Positions 47,221 through 58,640 of a DNA stretch of 64,000 nt are shown here, piece after piece. The notes beneath the pieces were generated by a model. It had not been told where the DNA came from and ran no database searches. It saw only the letters and a list, made by a program, of their open reading frames with translations. The stretch is from Balanoglossus misakiensis (taxonomy: Eukaryota > Animalia > Hemichordata): positions 5,597,434-5,661,433 of the forward strand of contig CM082593.2 of the NCBI GenBank assembly GCA_040954595.2, read 5' to 3'. How positions within the stretch are numbered: position 1 is the stretch's first letter; every line of letters starts with the position of its first letter. The translations under genes were made by a program, and so were the position numbers.

Positions 47221-50200
47221 AAGTTTCCCCTTCCCTTGTTATGACGTATATCAAATGATAATATATAATTCAAGTGTCCCTCTTTGCATAGCATTTACAC
47301 TTTGAAGGGTTTGTGAACATGTTTGTTTTTTTTTGCAAAATGTTACACTTGTCAAACATTCATATCATTCTGTGCCATCATGGTGATCTCCATCATATAA
47401 AAAATAAATCTTAAAATGTTAACATCGTATTTAACAATTATCACCCACCTTGTAAAAACTTAATAAAGTCTTCCAAATCGAAGTGCAAAATATTTTAAAG
47501 CAAGTCTGTATTTATTAATTTTTGGTGAAGACATGTAGACTTTGACTATTCAAAATGATGTGGGAGTTGACACCGTGTTATATCGAGTGTATTATAAATA
47601 GATTTTAAGTAGGAGATATTTTTGTACACATAATCTGATTGAAGCAAAAACTGATTAATCTTGATGATGAGAACAGTGGCTGCTTTTGCAAGGTCTTCAA
47701 GAACAGATTTCATTGTCAACAAGGATCGGCCATGCGTCACACAGATCAATCCATTTATTTAGTGGGCACACTGAATCAGCAATCTTGTCATCTTACCCCA
47801 AAGTGTTGCTAGGCAACCTGCTAAGAGACATGAAAGCTGCATGAAGAGGTGTTAGCCAAGTATTATAACCCTGATTTTTCGCCGAGAGGAACCACGTACT
47901 TCAAGTGATTTCTGCCATGATGCATGAAACGCTCAGGGAATAATTTTCTCTGATTGTCATTGATTTTGTCACTTTCTGCCTGTGACATTGAAAAAAAATA
48001 TGGTAAAAGAACTGGGTCTAGTGGTTTGAATTGCGGTCTGCAGATCAGTTGCTCTGCGTTGACACTGCTATCAAGTGGGTGTCGGATGTTCTTTGCATCA
48101 CCACGGAAACAAATCATAAGGGAAAATCTAGGCAAACATACTAGTATTTGGCCACTTGTTATATAGCTGATCATGGATTAAGGTTGATTGTGAAAAATAG
48201 CACTTCTTGGAGAATAAGCTGATAAACTCCTGGAAATTTGAATGAGTGTGGACCCTGGTTTTGATTGCTGTGGGTCGTTTTCATCATTTGTTGTAAATTT
48301 CTTGCGTTGTTTGTGGCGTTACCTGGACTGTTGTTTTATTCACAGTCCCTCTGTATTTTGTTACGCAATTTGCACCTCAAACATTCACAGCTGTCACCCC
48401 CATTGGCCTGTATATGGGTCCAACCATACCTCTGAAAACAGTAGGATTGAACCGAGCTGTGTGGATGCTAGGTATTGCTAATGAATTTTCTTACCGCGAT
48501 CTTTCCAAATCCAAAAAGACAAGATCAACAATTTCATCAAGATTTCAAAATTCAGAATGGCTGCCAAACTCAGGAGTGATAATTTTTTATAGTCTATTTT
48601 CTAGAAAGCATGATGGTTGACAGACTCTTTATTTCATTGTAATCTTGGAATGATTTTTAGAGTATTCCATTTTTCAAAAATAGGTCCAAGTTTATTTGTT
48701 ACCTTATACATTTGTAACTGGAAAGTGTCAAGTAAATAAGAGAAAAAGCACAACAATTTTATTTAGAATGCAAGACAAGTTTTTACTGTCTTTGCACCTC
48801 AGTACTTATTCTCCCCAAACAGACAACTTTTCAACATGTTTTTTTTTCTACGATGTACATTCAATGATATTCTACATGACATTTGTACTTAGTATTAAAG
48901 TGCAATAATTTTTTTGAGAGATACATCAATTACCCGACTTGTGCCTACATATTTTTGTTATAGCATATACAAATGGCCATATTTTCTCACCTAGCCCCCC
49001 CCCCCATAAATGCGTCGTCTGCCCATTTCATTGCACTTCCGGTTTGCTATTTCCCATGATTCAATGCCGAAGCAAGGTGAATGACCACAGACGACGCATA
49101 TAGACGTATTCAGCAAGGAACTGGCCGATTTTACACCTTTAAATTCGGGGTACGAAGAGCATACCGGCCCAGCTTTCATACCACACCAAGCATGCACCGA
49201 TGGAACTATGGTTGGTAAGTTATTTTTCACGTCGATATCCTATTTTCCCCCCAATGGAGTTTGGCGGCGCTGTGGCAACATAGTACATGTAGAAGTCGCA
49301 CAGCTCATTACACGTGCACGACCCAGGTGCACTGACAAAACGTGGCCGCTTGGTGGGTTAGCTTGTTCTGTATTTGAGGACCAGATATGCTCACCATGGT
49401 AGAGTTCGATAGTGACCCGAGTAGCTGGGCCCTAGGTCTCAAACATTCGAGTATAAAACAGTTGTTCAGTCCGCTGTTCGTGAAATGGTACGGTTCGTGC
49501 AATGGTTCCACCGCACTGGGTCTTATTTACACATTATATGATGACGTATACATCTAAGAGTCATGACGTATACATCTAAGAGTCCACAGTACGCTTGCAG
49601 ATGTTCTGTTTTCCACAATTGTGAAGGACGCGAACAAAAAGGTGAACAAGATAGGATATTAAAAGTAACACCATTGACTACGTTCAGAGAGCTCCTATTT
49701 CCGGACAGAATAGTTGATTAGGCGATCTCGGAAAACGCTCATTTTCAGAAGGCAAATAGTTTCATGTCTCGATGACACATAGCTGATCATATCGGATACG
49801 CCGAACTTGTTGAAAGAAGTCCACTTTTCCGGTGACGACATTTATTACATGTTAATGTTGTTCCGTCGTCAAGGCAACGCAGCTTGTGCCATTGCGCCCC
49901 GGACTTTTTATCTCTCATATTTTGTTCAGGGCAACTTTTGATCATTCTCTCTTGAAATTCAGAATACAAATCGGGAGTCGCCGTGCAAAATTTTGAACAA
50001 AAATGCAAAGTTGTCTCAAAATTGACATTCGAAACACCGCTTATTTTCAGGCAATTATCAGGTCCTTTATTTCCAAGTAATCGACAATAATAAATATCTG
50101 CAGCATTATCATTAATATCATTGCTATGTCATTTTGACGAGGTTTATAAAAGACCATAAAGTTATACAAAATATAAAAACAGAAACATATTTCCAAGACA

Positions 50201-50465
50201 GTATGAAACTTACAAAATACATTATCAATACGTATACTGTCACGTATCATCGTTAATACCCTAAAGGAACATATAGAACGCACATAAAAACATACATTTA
50301 CCGGTTATACAACTATTACAAAGCGTATCAGTAGATTTTGGTCATTTTTATAATTTCTTTCACAATCATTCGTTTTATTTCATGATGTTATTCGCAGACT
50401 TTCACACTGACATACTAGTAGTTACGCACGTTTAACCTAAAATTAGTTATTATTTGTCAAATGTA

Positions 50466-52790
50466 TCAAAATGAGTCGGTATTTGCAGACTTTCGACTAA
50501 AACTATGAATCACCGATGAAGTTCGAACCATCCGACTGTCAAATTTCATACCCCCTGTTTTCCTTTTTACCACTTTTCGGATTTCGTTGTGCGTCAGAAC
50601 ATAAATAAGGGGGTTGTACACGGCGGACGCTTTGCCACATAGGGCAGGCAGTGACGTCACTATTGGAGGTAAAATACACGAGCCCCGTCTTGACAAACAA
50701 ATTAAGACAACTACAGCATACGGGGTCCATGATATAACGTACATTGTAAAAATCAAGATACAAAGTTTTGCTAGCTTGAATTCTCGCGATAACCTTTTCT
50801 TCAGACCGCATAAATGTTTGCCTTGCTTAAAGTTAGCAAACTGAAGTCGGTTTGATCTGACTTTCTTGAATATACTCAAATAGCAAAATATCGTGATTGA
50901 TAGCGGAATGACATATTCTCCAGCCAACAAGGCGGCAACGAAAGAGTTGTACTTAGTTGAAGTTGTCGTGTACTCGATTGTACAGCTGATGTCCAGCCCC
51001 TCCAAGACGTAGCGGTTCCACGGCGTCAGGGGTGCGCATGCCCAGAAGAGCGTCACAACCCAAAGCAGTATCAGCACCAGGAAAGTTTTCCATGGCGACA
51101 GAGCGTGCGCACCGACAAGACGACATATTGCATAGTATCTTTCCACTCCGATGGCTGTCATGGTGTTGATAGAAAGGAGCCCGAAGAACGTCACCCAGAA
51201 TCCATTGAATATGCAACCTACAGACAGACCGGGGGAAACATTATCATTATAGGCCACTTCTTTGAGACTCAACTACCGTAGGCCTAAAGAGTAGGCCTAC
51301 AGGCAACAACGAACGTCATCAATGTCTGAATTAAATTGGCGTTAGTGCAAAATAAAAAAACACACCCTAGAATTGGCCCTTTGACTAACTCATTGAATCC
51401 CGCATTGGGATTAATTTTGCAGGCTTGCAGTGACAAAAGTTTGTAGTCGCTTGTTAACTGTGCTCCAAACTACATTGTATTGCCAAAAACAAGACAAAGA
51501 TGATATTAACAAGTCGCGCGGGAATATAATGAGCGGAACAGAGAATCCCAATTATCACTCACCCGCCTCCCCGAACAACCAGTTTCCATGGATACTCGCT
51601 GATAATGACATTGGGTATGAGACAGACGACATGAGAAAATCGGCTACAGTTAAATTTATCAGGAAAGCATTGCAGGACTTCCGTAACTTCTTCGTACTGG
51701 TGAGAAAAACACAATTAAACTATGAAAGTGTGACTTTACCCATACCTGGTTTTGGTGGACGAGTTAGTGTCTGGCGACATCTCATCAACTTCATCCTTGA
51801 AACGAGTGTCCTGTGTATTGTTAGGTAACGTTGTGACACGGGCCCTACGACTTTGGCTTCGCATGCGTGACTCAAAACCGGAAGGTCCCTTATTTAAGGT
51901 ACTACGCATCTCAGAGACATGTTTATAATTACCTGCACCTCTCTTTTTGTATTAAGACACGTCACAAGGCAGATTGAACTATAGGCCTATATCTTGCCGC
52001 TAATTCCGGAAATTTGCCGGCTTAACTGTTATTCAATCTTAGTTACACATCCATGAACAAGCGTACATATAGTGAGTACATTTACACACGTTTCAGTCCA
52101 ATTTAAGGAGTAATACAGGAAATTATTAGGAACATTGCGCACTCAACGTGTTCGGGAGTTTCACTGATAACGTGAACATTCGAGGTTCCTGAGACATAGG
52201 GCAGAGTCGCTTACACGCAGGGTAATGAAATTGCAATAAATGTACATTGTATATCTTATAGTTGCCGTGTTCAGGCATATCACAGTTAATATGAATATCT
52301 CGTAACGAAGCTGCCAACGGGTAGCTATCACTTGGATATGTATGCGTCAGATTCGTATTATCTTTGTACGAAACTTGAATGAAATCGCTCCATCTGAAGC
52401 ATGTCTGATTATAGTGGTTGCGAATCGGACGGATGGGTTCCTTCTGATAGACTTTGATTGGGTTACATGCACCCGTCCGCCGGTCTGTCCGCAACCAGAT
52501 CACCGAACATGCCTGGACCGAGTATGTTTTCCTACGTACTCCAGGTGCAGTTGAGTTGTCCTTTGCAAACATGCGTGATGGATTTTTGTGTACGGGATCC
52601 GATTGAAGTATACATGTACTTACCACATGAAAAGACATATCGTTACCCCGTTGCCAAGAATACCCAGCAGGCAAATAAAGGTCAGAATGATAGAGGCTAC
52701 AATATAACTGCCATCAGACGGGTCCTGCGTGTCTCCAAGCGCAACTGATGATGCGTTAGTCTCTGTGATGTTCACCTGTGTAACGGTCAT
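50466..52790 (-). CDS. Opsin, rhabdomeric/melanopsin-like but non-canonical. Exons 52790-52624, 51696-51563, 51217-50466
   Basis: TM1 GILGNG, KKLR..N.FLINL..AD, WLFGEAGC, SINTM..I.VERY, RYVLEG...SCT (E181), EFKLAK, SWTPYA, retinal-binding Lys in GKASAVYNPLIY. Confidence 0.92.
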
Positions 52791-53696
52791 GTCTCAGATA
52801 CACCATGCGGGTCCAGTTTACCCCTATCTTCCCCTGCACTTCGCGATCGGTTTTGTCCTGGATTGAGAAGAAAATCCCGGCGAAATTAGTCAGTCATGCA
52901 CTTGGCTTTGCTTAGGCGAATCACGCTCGCAACTTCAAGTGATGTCGGCGATCGCATTAGAATAATGAAATGACACTTGCAGTGAGATCTGTGGTCCTTC
53001 TCGCTTTTGTCTCGCCCCAAATGACGTCAGCTGTGACGCGAACGCCTTCTCAGGCTCTGTAGTATTAAAGGTAAACGGTCACCTATGCAAATTTAGCTAC
53101 AGTTACCATGGTAAATTGAGATCTGGCCAATCACAGATTTTCTGTGGGTGGCACACACAAAAAGAACGTCATCATCTCTTCTTTAGAACACATGTACTCA
53201 GATATGCCGATTTAGCACGGTGACCATAAGCTGGACCTGATAGGATACTACTGGACAAATAGGGAAAGTTTATGATTTGAAATCATCTCTTATGTCATAC
53301 AGCTTAGTATATAACTTAGTTTGTCTGATTTGATTAATTAGGATTACTGAGACTTGTGAGGTCATCGATATATTAATGGATGTTATTAAAACACTTAGCA
53401 ATCTTACGAAAAAAGGTTTGCAAGAAGTGTTCACAGTTTGTACCCATGGGAATGCCTATATTTTGCATTTGTATTTTTTTTTATTCCCTGGCGAAAGTCC
53501 GTGGAAGATAATTAGTTCAGCGACGTCGAGTTCCTGTTTTCCAGACAATTACACAATTTTTCCCCCAATTCGTTGAAATCGTTAATAGTAGCTTGTCATC
53601 AGGGCGTTACAAATACTGCATTCCATGGGCTGCCATCCGTTGGCCATCTTCGCCTCTCAAGGTCTCGTTGCTGTCTGAAAATCGCTAGAGAGACTG

Positions 53697-53833
53697 CAAT
53701 CTGATTAAAATCAGATGTAGGGTACGGCGACGTCTTCTATTACGCGATACCGGTATTCTTATGCCGTCTAAGAATGCCGTGCCGCGTAAGTAAAAGACGT
53801 CGCCGTACCCTACATCTGATTTGAATCAGATTG
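53697..53833. mobile_element. Second copy of the CA...TG palindromic MITE, with 9-bp TSD GAGAGACTG
   Basis: Same TIR as 47099. TSD at 53688-53696 and 53834-53842. Confidence 0.9.
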
Positions 53834-56492
53834 GAGAGACTGTCGTTAGGCTTACAAACGGTGAAATGGTGCAGAGTTGATCTTTTCTCATCATTTGTAC
53901 TAGCCTAGTACACGATGATCATTCAAGTTTGATAAAAACCGGTCCGACTCCTGTGTGAGGATAGTTGTTCAAAACTACGTACGACGGGTTCATCTTAACT
54001 TTGTTGTCGGCGAAAACAAATATTGAACATGCATATTCTCTTTCTCCTGATCGCCAGTCTCTATTAATATTGGACGTGTTTGCTAGGTCAATATGGTCAT
54101 TGCCATTATCAAGTCATTGAACCCAAGGTTTAGCTAGTGTTTACACTGTGAAATAATTAAGATGAAGTGCATGATATATTTCACGCGGAAATATTTTGCG
54201 GTTTCAGAAGAAAACAGTTGTGCGAGCAAAGGACGCCGAACGTTTAGCGATTTGGTCGTACTAGTACAGTGAAACCTGTCTTTAGTACAGTGTCCAGTCA
54301 AAGTTCTGTCCGAAATTGTCCTTCATGTGGCCTTTGTAGACATATGTAAAATAATGTACGTATACGTGTTCATGTAAATTACACAGGGACTATAGAAACG
54401 TCGCCACTACAGACAACTTTCCAGTACATACAGGTGGCCACTAACACATGTTTGACTATTTGCTATTCAGTGTTCTGGAAGCGTTTGAGATTGCGAGGGG
54501 TTTCACTGTTACATGTGGTATGGTATGCAGCTGTTCTGAGCAAAGCCAATTACCGGACTAGTTTTCAATTATACACGCATATGCTAATCAAACAACCTGA
54601 TAGGGAAAAGGCCAACGTGATGTAATCGTACACAGCTGCTGGTCACTGCAATTACTCCATCTATTACAAACAACAGTGAAACTGGGTGTATATAATATTC
54701 TATATAATTAACATGGGAGTAGTTGCTGGCCCTGTCATATTGTACTTTTCAAACCGGCAAGAAATTACATAAAGAACTTACAGCCAAAGCGTGGCATTGG
54801 AAGGTTTGAAATGCAAAAGTCAAGTCAAAAAGTAATACCACAAAGCAAAACATTTGAAATATAATAAGTGCGTAATGGATCAACACACCTTGCGAAAAAA
54901 TTAAAGATTGTCTGATTTTGCGTCAAGTTATTAAGAAACGTCAAGTACTCTTTCATTTTTGCGCACAATTTACACGACATTTTAGGCCATCTCTCAGTTT
55001 GTATGAACATTAAACTTGTTAATGTACATATGTACACAAATAACTAAAACGACGTATGCAATAATAGCAAGATTCGGAGACGTTGAAATCCCTGAATCAG
55101 CATTCTGTCGAGTTCACCAGCAGGTTAACGCAGTATTCATTGTATTAAGCCTACCTTTGAAGATCATCTAAATCAGAGCAGCGCCAGTAGAATCGCACCA
55201 GTACAAAGCAATGGACGCAGAACACTTGACACGTAAACCTAGACAGCTTTTCCTCGGGTTTGGTTCGGCGAAAGATCTAGTTATCGTAAATTATATTAAA
55301 CGGGGCGACTGATCCCATTATAAACCGGCGGTTCGTTTTATACGTAGGTGAGGATAGGCTAACCCGTGAGGGCGTCCTGCGCACCAACCACGATTTACAT
55401 TTTGGTGAGATTGATTCGATATCGCATTTATTCGTGCACGATGTATTTTTATTGATGGAACCTGAATTCAGATACAAAACACAAAGTGTAGACCAAAACG
55501 TGAAGTTCTACATCATAACGCAAATAAGAATTTTCTCTTAATGGCACAGTGCAGGGAAAAACATGCAATATCATCTGATATGTTGATATGTATCTTAAAG
55601 GAGAATGATCAGAAAGGACGAGGCAATTTACTACAAGTATTTTGGAGAAACATTTTATCGATTTTCCTGTCAGAAACAGAATTTTACCAAACAATTTCAT
55701 CCATTTTCACATGCTTCTCTCATCGATTACAGGTATACGATCATTACGCAGTTTGGGAGGATCATCGGAATTATGCAACAAATATGGATATCTCAGCAAC
55801 GACGGTATGTCAAAGAATTCTTGTTTGCCAATATGTTGAGTGAACAAACAACACTCTTGATGCATTGTTAGGGGAGAACCATTTGTTTTCTGGTGGGGTG
55901 GATGATTTGGGTATATAAGTAAATTTTTTCAGCCACTTACAGCAAATTTTTTGTTCGATTGTCAGTCCACCTTTTTCCTCAAGGCATTGTAGAATATTTT
56001 TTCCTCCGTACCATCCGCCAACATTCCCCCCATCCTCCATCTACCCCCCCCCCCCAGGAATCAAATGACTCTCCCCTTTTGCAGTATTTTGTTCTCGTGA
56101 CGTCAACTCGTCCTTGCCATACACTGACTGACTTCTCAAGTCTAGACCAATCTTTTCAATCCCATTAGAAAAATGAATACAATTTACCAGAAATATCTGC
56201 TGAGTTGTCAACATGGGAAATTAATATCAGCACTTACTGCACCGCTGTGGCTGGCAGTCAATATAATTATATACAGCATAGAAATTATAGTCATTATTAC
56301 TACACCCGGGTTGTAAATAGTACACGTATCTTGTTAAGGATGTACGCGCAGAACATAAACCGGAAGCAGTGCGCGCCCGGTCTTTTTCCCATAGGATTAC
56401 ATTGAAAATTGCTAGAAAACAAACTTCTACTATTGTCATTTTCACGAAATTTTACACATAGCTCAGTCCAGCAAATATAAATTCATTGGTCA

Positions 56493-56660
56493 AATAAAAT
56501 ATAGGGGTCACCGCGCTCTATTTTGAGATAAATTGCGTCAAAAATTTTGCCCATAGACAAACCATTGGTGAAAAATGCTGAGTCAGCAGTTTTCTTCTAT
56601 TATCGACTAAATTCATGGCTCTGTATTTCAAAAACAAGCGCGGTGACCCATATATTTTAT
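56493..56660. mobile_element. Inverted-repeat element (probable MITE)
   Basis: AATAAAATATAGGGGTCACCGCGCT ... AGCGCGGTGACCCATATATTTTATT; arms about 38 bp. Confidence 0.6.
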
Positions 56661-57133
56661 TACGGATTTTCATTATACATACAAAGGAGAATCCAAAAAT
56701 CCACAATTAAAAAAAATGACAATACTTTCAATTTTACTGAACGTACATCCTTAATCCATACATGATAATCTTCACCATCACATACTAGGCCCACCATCTA
56801 GAAACAGTCGCCAACACTTTCCATTGGTATAATAACCTTGTATTCCCGTCCCTGGGGTTGCAAGATTGCTTTTGAATTTTCTTTTCTCTCCATCTATGCA
56901 AATTTACTCGGTTACCATGGGAAGCCACACGGAAAAGTGCGCCACCAACGGTCATTTGAAGACTTACACTTTAACCATGGGCATATGTAAACTAACGGTT
57001 ATTGTATACCTTAAATCCGTCTCCAGTGGTTACAAGCCACACCCACCAAAACTAATCACTTCTTGTAATTCCAAAACAACACCTGCGCACCAAATATGGT
57101 TGATCAGCCTTTTTGAGATACCAATGACACAGG

Positions 57134-57136
<3 letters not shown>

Positions 57137-57173
<37 letters not shown>

Positions 57174-57188
57174 TACATACATACATAC
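57137..57188. repeat. (CA)n/(CATA)n microsatellite
   Basis: Direct reading. Confidence 0.9.
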
Positions 57189-58554
57189 AACACAAGCCCC
57201 CATTGTTTTGCACAGGGGCTAAAAATCACCAACAGAGAATTATGGTTCAGATTTATGTATAGACAAGACGTTTAATGTCCTGCATCAACAAAAATATACA
57301 AATAGTGGTGAATAACGAGACTACGCCACGTATGAAAAGATCGATACACTACAGATAGTTCACAAGACTACAAAGCACAGAAAAATCGACAATAGTGACT
57401 GTTACAGACAGAAGAGAAACAAAATTCTTGTGATTTAACCCCTACACAGAAAAGAAAACGTCAGTTTACAGTTCTTTTTTCATAAAATTGTGTAAAATCT
57501 GGCATTCCGTCTGACTGTCTACTCAAGGTGGTTTATGGGAATGTCTGGTGAAGGAAGCAGAGAACTGTGCGTCACTAGAATTGTCATTTTCTTCCGATAT
57601 TGATTTTAAAATTTGTCTCCCTGGTGTTTTAAAAAATGGGAGAAATCAGTGGAGTGTTGCCCAGAGTTGTCAGAAAAAGTGAGCTTGCTGACAATCTCAG
57701 TTGATGAAAATCAAGTATACATGGTATACATTTTTTCTTCTGTGGTGCAAAAAATCTGTCTGTTAATCTCGCTTTCAAGATGTTTACGAGAATTCTAAGA
57801 AAATGACAATATTGTTCTCAATGAAAAACCTGAACAAGACAAAACAGGTCTTGAAGTATGAAAATCACACAAACAACTGGCGAGTCTGCTTCCTTCACCT
57901 GGTTTCCAAATATGGCATGGAAATGTGTGGTAAAATGGCAAGCTACAATTTCATTGGCTCAAGAATCAAATTGCTTCCATGGTGACAGAATCCAGCTCTT
58001 CTGATTGGCTGTTCCGTGTTTTGACTGCCATGAGTGACATTCAGAAGAAAAAAAAATCTACCGATTCCCTCTGAACTCTGCTAAAGTTACACAACATACA
58101 AAGGTGATATACAGTATCGGAATTCCGTTTGAAATATCGTCACGATTAAACCTCCGAGTCGATTGATCTCCAGCATTGCAGAGGCTTGCCTAGTCATTTA
58201 AAAAGAATCTTAAACAACCTGATCACCAGCTCTTAAAGTAACAAACACTGTAACGTGAAATCACCAGGTGACAAGAAACCGTCACCTCCCCGTTTCATCA
58301 TTGAGCGTGCAACTGAATATTACAAATGATTTTTTATTCATATCAGAATGTAGGATGACGCATGCTTGTATATCATATCACAAAATCATGCTTCAAAGAC
58401 TCAAAATATGCAGTGTGGTCACTGATTCACAAGTGTGGTCTTGTTGCCATGCGTAAAATACACCAAGAAAAAACTTGAATCACGCAGCAAATGACCTCTG
58501 ACCCGATGTTCACATACATTTGCATAGCAGTGCTTTGCTTCCAACTGTACAAGT

Positions 58555-58640
58555 TCACCCTTTCACTAACTACATGGTTTGGCCCTGATCCATTGTTTTC
58601 TATGGTGAAGTTGGTCATATACAGTGGAAAACAGGGGTTG
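58555..58640. mobile_element. MITE family A copy (degenerate)
   Basis: CCCTTTCAC...CATGGTTTGGCC...CCATTGTTTTCTATGGTGAAGTTGG core. Confidence 0.6.

Noticed and set aside
49341-49430. tRNA or tRNA-SINE from A/B-box-like motifs
   Set aside because: Boxes are degenerate and no cloverleaf can be formed.
52126-52674. 182-aa minus-strand ORF near the opsin
   Set aside because: Mostly intron 1 sequence, out of frame with opsin exon 1, with no recognisable motif.
35814-52790. HPS5 (pigment granule) and opsin adjacency as a functional photoreceptor cluster
   Set aside because: Only adjacency is visible; without conserved synteny or co-expression data it cannot be told from chance.
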